A stretch of 64,000 nt of DNA from Dictyostelium discoideum (GCA_000004695.1 CM000151.3:4608001-4672000); one strand, 5' to 3'. Counted from the stretch's first letter, positions 40,326 to 53,588 are shown. Notes: generated by a model not told the origin, from the letters alone. Numbers and translations: made by a program.

Positions 40326-43179
40326 TTATTTTTTAATATTTGTTACAGAGTTATTGCTATTAGTACTACTACTATTAGTTGATAGTGATGGTGAATTACT
40401 ACCACTGCCACTACTATTATCATCTTCAAACATTTTCACTTTATTTTTAACTAAATTGCTATTATTTAATTCTTCAGGAGTGATTACATGTCTCTTTAAA
40501 TCACTACTACTTGAATTACTATTACTATTAAAAGCAAAACCATCACTAGAACTTGATAATGGTGATGATGATGAACTTGTTGTAAATCGTTTCATTATTG
40601 ATGGTGATGCCCTTCCTGTCATTGTTGGTGAAATATCAACTCCACTTCCACCTCCATTACTGGAACTACTATTACTATTTGTTGTTGTTGTTGTAGAAGA
40701 ATTATTTACAGCAGACATTATTGCACTGTTTGGTCTAAATGAAGAATTTGAACTTGAAATTGAACCAGAACTTCTAAATGATGATTGTCTTGATAAAACT
40801 GGTGATGTTGTGGTTGTTGTTGTGGTTGTTAAGGATGAATTGACTGAATTTGTTAATGGTGAATTTGAAGATGGAGGGGATGATGATAATTTCTTTTCAT
40901 TTAAATTTGTAGCTGATAGTTTTGATTGCATTTGTTTTGGTTGAGATGTTGTATGTTGATTTTGTTTAATCTCTTCCAAAGCTAATAATATTGGTGATAA
41001 TTGTTGTTGAAGATTTATATTGATTTTATTAATAATTGAAGATTCCAATTGTTTAATTTCATTTTTAATATCATTAACAATCTTTTGATTAGAGCTATCA
41101 ATATAAGTGAATAATTTAGTTTCCAATTGTTTAAATTCATTCGTCATACTAATTGAAAATGGTGGTGTAATTGGTAATGGTTTATTTGGTGCAACATGTA
41201 AAAGGTTATTTCCACTTCCACTTTTTCCAATTGTTGATAAATTATTTTTTTTATTTTTCTTTTTATTTGATTTCTTTGTTGACTTATTTTTCTTCTTTCT
41301 AACAACCATTGTACCTGTTGCTGAAATTTCTTCATCTTCATTAATTTCATCATCATCTTCTTCTTCTTCTTCTTCTTCCTCATCATCTTCTTCTTCATCT
41401 TCTTCTTCATCATCTTGATCAGATGTAACACCACCATTACCATTACCACTACCTTTCTTTTTACCATGGAAAATAGTTGTACTAAATGGATCAACATCTT
41501 CATCATCCTCATTTTCATCATCATCATCCTCATCATCTTGTTCATCATCTTGTTCATCCTGATTATTATTTAAATGTTTTGAATCTTCCTCTTCTTCTTG
41601 GAAATCTCTACAAGTTGTATAATTTCCTTTGAAACTTAACATACCTTTGGAAGAGGTTGCTAATTTTAAAGAATTATTACAATTGTCCAATTCATCAGAA
41701 GGTGATGATGGTATTGGTGAAATGATTGAAGTTGATAAACCATCTGAACCAATATCTCCACCATTTACAGTTGCATTTGGTGATTGTGGTGATGATGATG
41801 ATGAAGATTGTGAAGTTTGATGTTTTTGTTGTTTTTTTAAATCATCAATTTTCTTTTTCTTAATTTTAAATAATTGATTAACCAAATCTGATAAAACATC
41901 AGGACCTCTATCTTTTTTAAGGAATGGATGACAAAGTAAATCGATTGGTGACGCTCTTTTCTCTGGATCTTTAACTAAACATCTTGCCAAGAAATCATTT
42001 AATAGAGGTGACCATTTTTTAGGTTCAGCAAATGTTGGAGGTGGCCAATTTGGTACCATTTTCATTGCTCTCATTGGTGGCAAATCAATATGTGGTGGTA
42101 AACCATCTGCCATTTCAATGATGGTGATACCTAATGACCAAATATCAGCTTTATAATCGTAATTCTTTTTTAAGATAACCTCAGGTGCCATCCATAATGG
42201 TGTACCAATCATCTCTTTAGATTGATCCAATGCACCATTTAATTTCTCTGAAACACCGAAATCTGCAATTTTCACATCACATCCTTCACTTAGTAATACA
42301 TTTGCTGCCTTTACATCACGATGAATAATATTTTGACTATGTAAATAAATTAAACCTTTGAGTGTGTTTTTCACAACAAATGAAATTTGTGCCTCGTTTA
42401 ATGTTTTCTCTGTTGATTCAATTATATCTCTAATACTACCTAAAGCACAGAAATCCAATAGAATCCAAATATGGGATTCAGTTTGAAGTGAACCAAAATA
42501 AGAGACGATATTTGGAGATTTACAATTTTTTAAAATATTAATTTCATTTTGAAGTGAAACACTCTCTGATTCTTTCATTTCAATAACTTTAATTGCTAAT
42601 GTAAATCCTAAATCTTTATGTGTACCTTTATAAACTGATCCATATGCACCATCACCTAATTTCTCATCCAATATAAAATCATTATGTCCTGTCCATTTCA
42701 AATCAAAATCAACATGCATCTTATGTATAACATTATATGGTACTGATATTTCTGTATTTATATCAAATGTTGATTTAGTTTTCTTATGTGATTTTTTATT
42801 AGTAGTTGTTGCTGCTGTTGTGTTTGGTGATGATATTGCTAATGATGATGATGATGGTGATGATGTTAATGATGATGTTGTTGATGGTGTTGTTGTTGAT
42901 GATGATAATGATGATTCTTTATGATGATGATGATGTTTAAATATTTCAGGTGTTTTTAAAAACTTTTTCTTTTTCTTTTCTTTTAATGGTTGATCATTTG
43001 ATGGTCTTGGTGAAATTAATCCATTTGGAGAAGTTTCACTCGAACCACCATTTGTAGTTTGAATTTCAACATTTTGTTGAGTTGGTGTACTTGGTAATTG
43101 TGAAATTGATGATTGTAATAATTTTGGTGATGAAATAAATTGTGCAATTTTACGTGTTAATTTTCTTGATTCATGAGTA

Positions 43180-43268
<89 letters not shown>

Positions 43269-43478
43269 ACTTGATGATAAATCTTGATGTTGTTGTTCAC
43301 TCGAATCAATATTTGAATTTAATGTTTGATTTGGTGACATTGAATAAGTTTCTGTAGTTGTATTTGAATCATCAGTACTAATATTACTTGAATGTCTTTG
43401 TAAATTTGGTTGACCACTATTACTTCCACTTGAACTGCTTGAAATAATTGATACTGAACTTTCAGTTCTTGCTAATTG

Positions 43479-43564
<86 letters not shown>

Positions 43565-43856
43565 CACTATTTTCATTATTCAATAATGAAAATTCACCAC
43601 CTTCAATACTGCTACTATTTCTAATTTGATGTGGTGGCGGGGGTGGTGTATAATTTGGTGGTAATTGACTTGGTGAATTAGTGGTTGTATCTTTCACTTC
43701 ATTACTACCACTATTACTTAAATTATTATTACTATTATTACTGGAAAATGAATTTAATAAATTTTGAGTTGATGGTGATTTCATGACTTTTTGGAAAAAT
43801 GATGAGGATTCTTTTTGATTTCCATTGTTGTTATTACTCAATTTTAGATTTGACAT
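40326..43856 (-). CDS. STE20-family (GCK/MST/PAK-related) serine/threonine protein kinase with central kinase domain, long poly-N/S/T N-terminal region and acidic (D/E) plus poly-T/S C-terminal region
   Basis: Kinase subdomains: GxGxxG (LGDGAYGSVYKG), VAIK (LAIKVIE), HRDVKAANVLL, DFG (ADFGVS), GTPLWMAPEV (STE20 signature, subdomain VIII), DIWSLGIT. The ORF track starts at 43985, but its first 43 codons translate a poly-A/T tract. The ATG at 43856 (MSNLKLSNNNN) is the more plausible start. ORFs 40354..40944, 41107..41418, 41144..41557 and 41629..41820 are antisense or alternate-frame artefacts. Confidence 0.7.
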
Positions 43857-43910
43857 TTTTTTTTTTTGTTTTGTTTTGTTTTTATTTTTTTTTTTGTTTT
43901 GTTTTGTTTT

Positions 43911-43945
<35 letters not shown>

Positions 43946-44342
43946 TCTTTATGTTGTTTTGTGTTGGTATTGGTTTGTTTAGCAATTAATTTTTTGTTTT
44001 TTTTTATTTTTTTTTATTTTTTTTTAATACTTTAACAAAATGATAAAAAAAAATTTATATTGCGGTAATTTTTTACTTTTTTCTTTTTTTTTTTTTCTTT
44101 TTTTTAAAATTCATAACCCACGCAATATTATTCCACAAAACAATACCCACAACTGGATTTTTTAAAATTGATTTACAAATTTGAAGTATAGATTAGAAAA
44201 AAAAAAAAATAAAAATAAAAAAAAAAAATAAAATAAAAATAAAAAAAAATGAAAATAAAAATCTTGTTTTTCAAATAAAAGATTAAAAATTTTCACATAA
44301 ATTGGCCAAATATCCGTCAAATTTACATTTCAACCTTTTTCC

Positions 44343-44377
<35 letters not shown>

Positions 44378-44460
44378 AATTGGAAAAAAAAAAAAAAAAA
44401 AAAAAAAATAGGAAAAAAGGGCAAACCATGGAAAAAAATAAAAAAAAAAAACGTCTTTGT

Positions 44461-44930
44461 TTATCTGAATATTTTATTTATCGGTATTCTTTCATTTAAT
44501 TTAAATTTCTGTTCACCATTATTATTATTATTAATATTATTATTATTATCCAATTCTTTTTCCTGTTCCTTTGGAGAAGACAGATTTTTGACTTGGTGGA
44601 AATAAATTTGTTCGACCCTATTTAAAAATAAATTAATTTCTTTATGTTGTCTATGAATAAGTTTTTGTAGTATTGAAATTAACCAAAAATAATAATCCAA
44701 TCCATTTACACTCCTATTAATTGATTTAGCATTTCTAATATTTCTAACTTTTGGTAATAAAATTGTTGGGTCAGCAGATGATGATGATGATGATGATGAT
44801 GATGATAATGATGATTTTTTAGATTTTGAAGGTGTTGAAACCTTTGTTGTCGATTTTTTAACTTTTAATATTATTTTTTCATTTAAAGTTCCTTCATCAT
44901 CCTTAATTATATTATTAATAGCATTACCAA

Positions 44931-44988
<58 letters not shown>

Positions 44989-45355
44989 TAAATTTTGATA
45001 TTTATCACTCAAACTATCATATTTTGAATGAATTTGGTCAGTGATTAATCTTCTAATTGAAGAAGGTTTTAATTTAGGTATACCTTTAAAATCTTGAATA
45101 TTTAAACTCCATGTATCTTGTTTTGATAAAAATTCATTCTTTGGTAAATTATAAATAACACCATATAACCAATTCTCAAGCTCCATCTTTTCAACCTCCT
45201 CTTTAATTCTTTCTTCACTAATACCACTATTTTCACTATTTTCACTATTAAAATTATTATTATTTATTAATTTTTTTAAAAATTCTAATCTTTCAATTGA
45301 ATTTTCTTTATTATAATTTTTATCAATATTATTAATATCATATTCATTATTAATT

Positions 45356-45386
<31 letters not shown>

Positions 45387-46353
45387 CATTTAAAGTATTA
45401 TTATTATTATTATAATTTGAACCAGAACTATTATTAAAATTATATTGACGATCAAATAAATTAAATTTTGATTTTAAAATTAACATTATAATTGAAACAC
45501 ATAATAAATCAGAATTTGAAGGTAATAAAATATTTTCATAAATTTTTGATAAGGTTGAATTTGGTGATTTCTTTCTAAACAATTTGAATGGTATTAAAAT
45601 CAAATTGTATAATTGATTCGATAGATTTAGTATTGATTTTGGTAATTTTAATTCTGTACAAAATCGAAGTAACAATAATGGTATATTTGAACTTGGTAAA
45701 AAGTTTAAATATTTACAAATGTCATCTGAAATTCTGGCAAAATTGATAAATGTTGAATTTGAATTTGACCATGAAAAACTCCACGTCGTCTCATTAGTGA
45801 ATGATGCAATCTTACCACTTTGCGCCAACGATATGAAATCACTAATTATAACTGGCTCTCTTAAATAAACACATGCTAAATAGCAAATTGATAATGTTAT
45901 AAATGGTGGTGGATAATTTATAATACCAAATGTTGATGTAGTCGATGATGATGATGATGTAGTTGATGATGAACCCTCAAAATCTTGACTGAATTTATCT
46001 AATAATTTAAACCATAATTCACCAGTAACTTGATATAATTGCTCATTGTAACCATGGTCTTTAATTAATGAGGTGACTTGAATTTTTAATAAATTTTGTA
46101 AAATGTAATAACGATTATCTTTTTGTCTTAACTTTTTTTGATTCATTGCATCTAAAACCTCTTGTGTCCAAACTCTTTTATATGAACCAGTTTTATATCC
46201 ACCACCATTTTCAAATTCTTCAACTTCTTGTGTAAAATAACCTTCAACACGTGTATGACAATTATCACATTCTAAAAATCCAAATTCATCTTTTGAAAAT
46301 CTGACACCTGCACATTGAATACATGCTTGATGATGTTGTTTATTACCACCCAT
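44461..46353 (-). CDS. TFIIB-like zinc-ribbon protein, probable RNA polymerase I initiation factor TAF1B/Rrn7 homologue
   Basis: N-terminal Zn ribbon CIQCAGVRFSKDEFGFLECDNCHTRVEGY closely parallels TAF1B CTQCAAVSWGLTDEGKYYCTSCHNVTE. It is followed by a hydrophobic, cyclin-fold-like region, poly-N and poly-S tracts. Single ORF of 630 aa. Confidence 0.45.
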
Positions 46354-46514
46354 TATAATTTTAAAATCTATTAATAAATTAATATATAGATTTTATTATT
46401 ATTAAAGTTAATAAAATAAATTTAAAAATGATGCAGTTTTTTAAGTGGAGAAAAAAAAAAAAAGAATGAATGAAAAAAAAAAAAAAAAAAAAGTTAAAAA
46501 AAAAAAAAAAAAAT

Positions 46515-46565
<51 letters not shown>

Positions 46566-46924
46566 GAAAATTAATTATGTTTATTTTTGAAAAGAGGAAT
46601 TTTATTTTATATTATTGTTTTTTTTTTTTAATTTTTTTTTTTTTATTACCATTTTTATTTTTGATTAATCATGAGATTTCATTTTATTTTTTTTTATATT
46701 TATTTTATTTTTTTATTTTTTTATTTTTCTATATTTAAAATTTTTATTTTTTTTTTTAGTCCTTGTGAAATTTAAATATCTATAATGCTGCAATTCTTGT
46801 CTAAATTTGAACGTTTAAATTTACACACCATTCAGTTGATGAAGATATTTTGGAAAAAAAAAAAAAATTCAAAAATAATTAAAATAAAATGGGAAAAATA
46901 AAAATAAAAATAAAAATAAAAAAA

Positions 46925-46969
<45 letters not shown>

Positions 46970-47415
46970 TTCAAACTTCTTCACAAGCACTCGAAAAGTA
47001 GAACAAACATTATTCTTTATATTTGTTTTTGAAATTGTAACAAAATTCATATAAAAAAAAAAAAAAAAACTATATATTATTTACCTTTGAAAAGTAAGTT
47101 TTATTGGATTTCATTATTTCCCTTTTTTTTTTTTTTTCCCCAATTTAATTGTGGTTACATATAACCACATTATTTGAATTTTTTTCTTTCATTTAAATAA
47201 AGGCGGGGTTATTTTGTTTTTTTTTGTTCTGTTTTTTCGAGAAAAGAATAATAAATAAAATAAAATAAAATAAAATAAAATAAAATAAAATAAAATAAAA
47301 AAATAAAAAATATAATAAAAATTTATAAATTTAAAAAAAAAAAAATTATTATTCCCTATTTTATTTATATCAATAATAAAAAAATATCAATAAAAAAAAA
47401 TATCAATAATAAATA

Positions 47416-47449
<34 letters not shown>

Positions 47450-48193
47450 AACAAAAATAAAGTAATATTGATTTCTTTACCATATAATTACGCAACACCT
47501 CATTTCCAATTTAGGGTTTACAAAAAAATTATATTGTTTTTTATTTTTTTAATTTTTACTTTTTTTTATTTTTTTAATATCATTGCCATATTCAACCACA
47601 CCAATTATATTAAGTTTTTTTTTTTTTTTTTAAAAAAAAAAAATAAAAAAATAAAAAAATAAATAATTAAAAAAAAAAAAAAAAATATATTAAAAAAACG
47701 ATTCCCACACAATATATATTAAGGACACATAAAAACTAGTTGTTATTATTTTTATTATTATATATCACAAACACACTATATTTTGTTTTTTTTATTTTTT
47801 TTTTTTTTATTTTTTATTTTTCATTTTAAAAGACTAACACATTACCAATTTTAATTTTCTTTCATATCACAAAAAAATTTTTTTTTTTTTTTTTTTTTCT
47901 TTTTTCATTTATTTATTTATTTATTCATTTCTTTATTCCTACCCACATTATAATTAATACAAATATTATTATAGGTAAAAAAAAAAAATAATATATACAT
48001 ATCACTGTAACAAAACAAACAACAAAACTATAGTAATATATCAAACCAAAAACAAATAAACGACAATAATAAAAAATTATAATAGTATTAGTATCAGTAG
48101 TAATATCATTATAATTTAAAAAAGTAGCGACTACAATAAAATCAACAAAACAACAACAACAATAATAATCAAATAAATATATAAAATTAAAAA

Positions 48194-49430
48194 ATGATGG
48201 CAAAAACAAAAGGATCATATGAAGTATTTCATTATACAGTTACAAAAGATAAAGTAAATAAAGGTTTATGTGATATTGCAAGATATTTCGTACCAGAATA
48301 TAGAAATTCAAAGGATGAAGATTTAACAATTCAAAAATTAAATGGTGGTATCACCAATGTTTGTATGTATATATATATATATATATATTTATATAACAAA
48401 TTTATAAAACACATATATGATATACTAATATATGTAATTTATTTTTTTAATAATAAAAATATATATAGTATATTTAGTTGAAGATAAAAATATTGAACAA
48501 AAATATAGATATTTACCAGTTGTAATTAGATTATATGGTTATAAATCAGAAGAAATTATAGATAGAAAGAATGAATTAATTATACAAACAGAAGCGGATC
48601 AAAATGGATTAGGTGCTAAATTTTATGGACTTTTCGATAACGGTTGTATTTATGGATTTATTAAAGGTGAACCATTGGCATACGAGGATATTAGTAAACC
48701 AACAATGCAAACATGTATCGCCAAAGAGATTGCACAATGGCACTCAATTGAGATGCCTACAAGAAAGAATCCATCACTTTGGCCAACAATAAAGAAATGG
48801 GCAGCTTTGGCACCAGACGTTTATCCAGTACCAGAAAAGAATGAGTATTATCAATCTATCAATGTAAAGAAAATGATTGAAGAGGGTAAAATGTTGGAGC
48901 AAAGATTGGCTCAATTGAATTCACCAATCGTTTTCTGTCATAATGACCTCCTCAGTGGTAATATCATCTATGATCCATCTCAAAATTGTGCCTCTTTTAT
49001 CGATTTCGAATATGCAAACTACAATTTTAGAGGCTTGGAATTAGGTAATCATTTCAATGAATATGCTGGTTTCGGTCCAGATTATTCACTCTATCCAAAT
49101 AAAGAATCACAAATTCACTTTTTAACAGATTATCATAGATCTCTCTTTAAAACTGAACCAACTCAAGATGAATTAGAAAAATTATATATTGAATCAAATC
49201 AATTTTCATTAGCAAGGTAAATTTTTTAAAAAAAAAAAAATTTCAATTTTATTTGTTTTTATTTTTTTACTAATACTAATTTTATTTTTATTAATAGTCA
49301 TTTATATTGGGGTTTTTGGGCAATTGTTCAAGCTATGAATTCTCAAATCGATTTTGATTATTTAGAATATGGTAAAGCACGTTTTGATAGATATTATGAA
49401 ACTAGAGACCAATTTTTAAATCTCAATTAA
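48194..49430 (+). CDS. Choline/ethanolamine kinase, 3 exons: 48194..48362, 48478..49216, 49298..49430 (346 aa)
   Basis: Brenner phosphotransferase motif IVFCHNDLLSGNIIYD and choline-kinase motif FIDFEYANYNFRGLELGNHFNEYAG are present. C-terminal SHLYWGFWAIVQA. Intron 1: t|GTATGT...(TA)n...tatttag|TT, phase 1. Intron 2: ag|GTAAAT...ttaatag|T, phase 2. The frame is conserved across both junctions. Confidence 0.8.
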
Positions 49431-49979
49431 ATTTAAATACTACTATTTGAACGCGTGTAAAATGAATAAATAATCCGAAAAAATAAAAAAATAATTTTAA
49501 TAAAAAAAAAAAAAAAACAAATAAAAATAAAATGTATATTTATTTGAATAAATAATAATGTAACAAAATTTTTTTTTTTTTCCACCTTTTTTTTTAATTA
49601 TTCTTTCCAACTTTTTTTTTATTTTTTATTTATTTTCAATGAAATATGAATTTGTTTTAACCCATTCATTTATACCAATATTGGTTTTTTTAAATAAAAG
49701 AAAAAAAAAAAAAAAAAACAATTCGCTTACGAAATATTATTTTAAATTTTATTTTTTTTTTATTTTTGTTTAATTTTTTTTAAATTTTTAATTTTTTATT
49801 TTTTATTTTTTTTATTTTTTTTATTTTTAATATTACTTGAACTACTTTAAAATTGTTAAAATCTCTTTTAAATGGGAGTTTAGATTAAACCAATAATAAC
49901 AATAATAATAATAATAATAATAATAATTAAAATAATTAAAATTAGCAATAGATGCATAAATAACAATATTAATAATATA

Positions 49980-50045
<66 letters not shown>

Positions 50046-50718
50046 CAATAAAATAATAAAATCATAAATAATGGCTAGTTTAATTTTTCTTTCAGTAACT
50101 CTTTTCAAATCTCTTTTATTTCAAATTTCTTTTAAAGGTGCAATTATTATAATGTTTTTTGCAATGATTTTATTTATTCATTTCTCACCATACCTGAACC
50201 TTGATGGTGTTGGTACTTCAAGTAGTAGATTACCAAGAAGAACAATTCCTTTATCTCCAGTTTTAAAAAAAATAGATTAAAAAAAATAAAATAAAAAATA
50301 AAGAACAAAAAAAAAAATATAAAAAAAAAATAAATAAACAATTGTTTGCATGAATTCAAAATTATAAAGCATAAATTCAAATTAATCAAATATATATTTA
50401 AAGTAAAAACATTGTGCTACATATTATTAGAAATAAAATAGTAACAAAAATACTAATTGTTAATAATGGTTTCGGTTAGTTCAGATAATCATTTTACATA
50501 ATTTTCTATGTATGTACAAGATTTTTTTTTTTTTTCCTCTCTCACAATTTTCCCCACTAACCAATATTTTTCTTTAGAATTAAAGAAAAACTACTCAAAA
50601 ATTATACAACCATACGATATAATCAAAATTTTTTTTTTTTTTCAAAAAAAAAAAAATAAATAAAACTCTTGTTTAAACACTTTTCAATCCTCAAAATTTT
50701 TCCAATAATTTTTTTATT

Positions 50719-50754
<36 letters not shown>

Positions 50755-52119
50755 GATTTTCTATTTTTTTTTTTTTAATTTCCTCTTTTTTTTTTATGTA
50801 TAATTCTTTTTTTAAATATTATTTGTATTGTTCAAAATTTTTCAAAAAAAAAAAATAAAAAAATTATATAGAAAGAAACAAAAAATAGTAATTAAATAAC
50901 AAATATTACAAAAACCTTAGATAATGGTCTAAGATCAGGTAATTATTAATTAATGAAACACCATTTTGGTTAATAAAAAAAATAAAAAAAGAAATTAAAA
51001 ACTATTTTTTTTTTTAACTTCTTTTTTTTTTTTTTTTTTTTTAATTTCCTTTTTTTATCCAATTGTTATTAATAATTTTAATATTTTAATTATAATTTAG
51101 GATTTCAACTATTCTACACATATGTTAAATCTATTCAATAAATTAAATAGTAAATCACCACAAGATGAATCAACAAAACTTCAAAAACAACTATATGAAC
51201 AAATTATAGTGGATTCAAAGTGCAAATCATTATTTGAAGGTATTTGTTCAGATGTGGTTAATTTGTAATAATAAAGATTTTGAATATTTAAATCCTTAAT
51301 TAATTTTTATTTTTTTATTTTTTTAATTATTTTTTTCTTAGAAAGTTTAAATTGGAAAAAACAGATCCACGATTCATTATCACATTCAAAATAATTATTT
51401 GAATCTATTGTTGATAAATTGGGAATAAACCGTTATTGGAGACTAAAAAAACCTAGACCTTGGAAAGAAGAAAGATCAATGCACTCTGTTAACCAGTTGA
51501 TATTGGCCCACTAATAATAAATCGAGTTCTTCAAAGTGATCCTGACAAATCCAGAAATCCCTTCTTCAAACAGAAACAATAATTTTGTAAATAATAGTGA
51601 TAATAATAATAATAGTCAAAAGAAATTACAATCATATTTTTTATAAAGATAAAAATAGGGATAAAGATAAAGATAAAGATGAAAATGAAAATGTAAAAAA
51701 TCAATTTTCAAAATAATGGTAAATTTTCTTTCTATTATTAATTTTTTATTTTTTTTTTTTTTAAATCAAGGTATATAAAAAAAAAAATTTGTGTATTAAT
51801 AATCTAACTATTTAACAGAAAGAAATGACCAAAAAAAAAGAAAGTGGTTAATGCATATGGTGAAAGTATTCTTGGTGACAATGGTGATAATATTGATAAT
51901 AGTGATAATAGTGATAATAGTGATAATGGTGATAATGGCGATGATCTAAATGGTGGAAACATATTTGAAATCAATCAATCATTATTTTCAATGGTATTCG
52001 ATCAACTTCATGATAATAAATTTAGAACAGATTATGATAATCAATTATTAATTGGTATTGAATTTAATTAAATCAATTATTAATGAATTAAAGAAAGTTG
52101 ATATTTTAATAGATCAGGG

Positions 52120-52345
52120 AAAGAATATTTAGGTTTCCACTCTGCCTGTGTATTTATAGATTTTCGGACTTGAAAGAATTCTTTATAAATTTGGCGCTCA
52201 CTATCTATATAGTATGAATGCTTGTAATATTAATTTTAATTGATATTGATTCTTATTAATATTACAAACATTCAAACTATACAGATAATGAGCTCCAACT
52301 TTATAAAGAATTCTTTCAAATTAGAAAATCTATAAACACAGGCAG
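52120..52345. repeat. ~225-bp near-perfect palindrome (hairpin element) in intergenic DNA
   Basis: Left arm ggtttccactctgcctgtgtatttatagattttcggacttgaaagaattctttataaatttgg... Right arm ...ctttataaagaattctttcaaattagaaaatctataaacacaggcagagtggaacc. Centre gaatgcttgtaatattaat/attaatattacaaacattc is itself palindromic. Confidence 0.6.
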
Positions 52346-52405
52346 AGTGGAACCAAAGATTTTTAAAAGTTCAATTATTTATCAATTCAAAGCTATCAAT
52401 TTTAA

Positions 52406-52834
52406 ATTCATCAAAAAAACAATCAAAAATATAAAATTGGTAAAAAAGTTAAAGAAAATATTCAAAAGAAAAAAAGAAAAAAAGATTCATTTAAAAATCA
52501 ATTAAATTTTTTACTTCCAAATAATAATCTAAATAATAATCCAAATAACAATAAAAATAATAATAAAAACAATTTTAGTAATAGTAGTATTAGTAATAAT
52601 AGGTCAATTGTACAATCACAAACAATTTCTGATATTGGATATGTACCGCGCCAACAACAACCACAACAACAACCACAACAACAACAACCACCACAATCGT
52701 CAAGAAAAAGAAAATTAGAATCAGAATCATCAACCTCATCTCTCAAAAAACAAAGAAATCCATTCAAAAAAAACAAACTTAGAATGGAATCATCCTCGCC
52801 ACTCGAGAAACAAAAAGTCTCCAAATTTATTTAG
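52406..52834 (+). CDS. Putative coding exon (stop-to-stop 142 codons, no initiator Met until near the end): basic/poly-N/poly-Q nuclear-protein-like sequence
   Basis: Plus frame reads ...KKDSFKNQLNFLLPNNNLNNNPNNNKNNN...IGYVPRQQQPQQQPQQQQPPQSSRKRKLESESSTSSLKKQRNPFKKNKLRMESSSPLEKQKVSKFI*. ORF-track entry 52498..52824(-) is its antisense (CCCCGCCC = poly-Q). No upstream exon identified. Confidence 0.25.
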   Translation: MHQKNNQKYKIGKKVKENIQKKKRKKDSFKNQLNFLLPNNNLNNNPNNNKNNNKNNFSNSSISNNRSIVQSQTISDIGYVPRQQQPQQQPQQQQPPQSSRKRKLESESSTSSLKKQRNPFKKNKLRMESSSPLEKQKVSKFI

Positions 52835-53030
52835 AAGATGGTTCAAAAAAATACATTTCAAGTGGTAACTTTTTTTTTATTAAAATAATTTAAACTATCC
52901 AGGTAATACATATCCAGATTTTTACTACTTGAAAAGTATATTTTTGAACCTTCTTCAAAAATAATTTTGGAAACTTTTTTCTTTCTCGAGTGGTGAAAAT
53001 GATGATTCTGATTCTAAGTTTCTTTTTTTG
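52770..53030. repeat. Inverted duplication (~110-bp arms, ~85% identity, ~35-bp spacer) spanning the 3' end of the putative exon above
   Basis: ccattcaaaaaaaacaaacttagaatggaatcatcctcgccactcgagaaacaaaaagtctccaaatttatttagaagatggttcaaaaaaatacatttcaag (52770..52875). Against the reverse complement of 52910..53030 (ttgaaaagtatatttttgaaccttcttcaaaaataattttggaaacttttttctttctcgagtggtgaaaatgatgattctgattctaagtttctttttttgaatgg). Confidence 0.55.
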
Positions 53031-53059
53031 AATGGTGAGGTTGTATACTATGAATTTAG

Positions 53060-53240
53060 CCAGGGATTCAAATTTAAAATTTTATTTATTGTTTATTGAA
53101 ATGAATTTATTAATTTTGGACCAACATTCAAGGTTGAGTATAGATATTCGTATACAGAAAAGAGTTTGAATGTCTATGTTGGTCAACATTATTGCCATTT
53201 CCAGGATTTTTAATATAATTGCATTTCAATAAACAAAAAA
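53060..53240. repeat. Degenerate ~180-bp palindromic element
   Basis: tttattgtttattgaaatg...ttggaccaacattcaa // ttgaatgtctatgttggtcaa...catttcaataaacaaaaaataaa. Confidence 0.4.
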
Positions 53241-53588
53241 TAAACCTTCAAATTATATTTCAAAATGAAGAATTCAGTATCAAGTATTAAAATAAATAAT
53301 AAAACTTTTATTTTTTTTATTTTTTTTTTTTATTTTTTTTTTTTTCTTTAAGTTAATTAAACAACCAATAGTATTTTCTTTAAATATTTTATATCTGATT
53401 TCTGTATCATTTTCTTTCTTAGCAATTGGAAAAAAAAAAAAAAAAAAAAACATTACAAATAATTAATTTTAGATATATTACTTTTAAAATTTTTTATTTT
53501 TTTTTATTTTTTTTATTTTATTTTTTATTTTATATTTTCAATTTAACTTTTTTTCTTTTTTTCTTTTTTTTTTTTTTTTTTATATAAT

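Noticed and set aside
40354-41820. Plus-strand ORFs and the M/K-rich minus ORF inside the STE20 kinase gene (40354..40944, 41107..41418, 41144..41557, 41629..41820)
   Set aside because: They are antisense or frame-shifted readings of the poly-S/T and acidic D/E tracts. 41144..41557 is the +1 frame of the GAA/GAT repeat.
44110-44152. DUSE-like motif (tacccacaa / aacccacgcaa) that marks Dictyostelium ncRNA promoters
   Set aside because: No structured or non-AT sequence lies ~60 nt downstream on either strand. Similar short motifs at 10640 and 54888 are probably chance.
46830-47050. Small K/F-rich ORFs in homopolymer spacers (46445..46738, 46832..47050, 47468..47662, 15292..15587, 16746..17317, 49842..50389)
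   Set aside because: They are pure translations of A/T homopolymer and (TA)n/(TAA)n tracts, with no protein-like composition.
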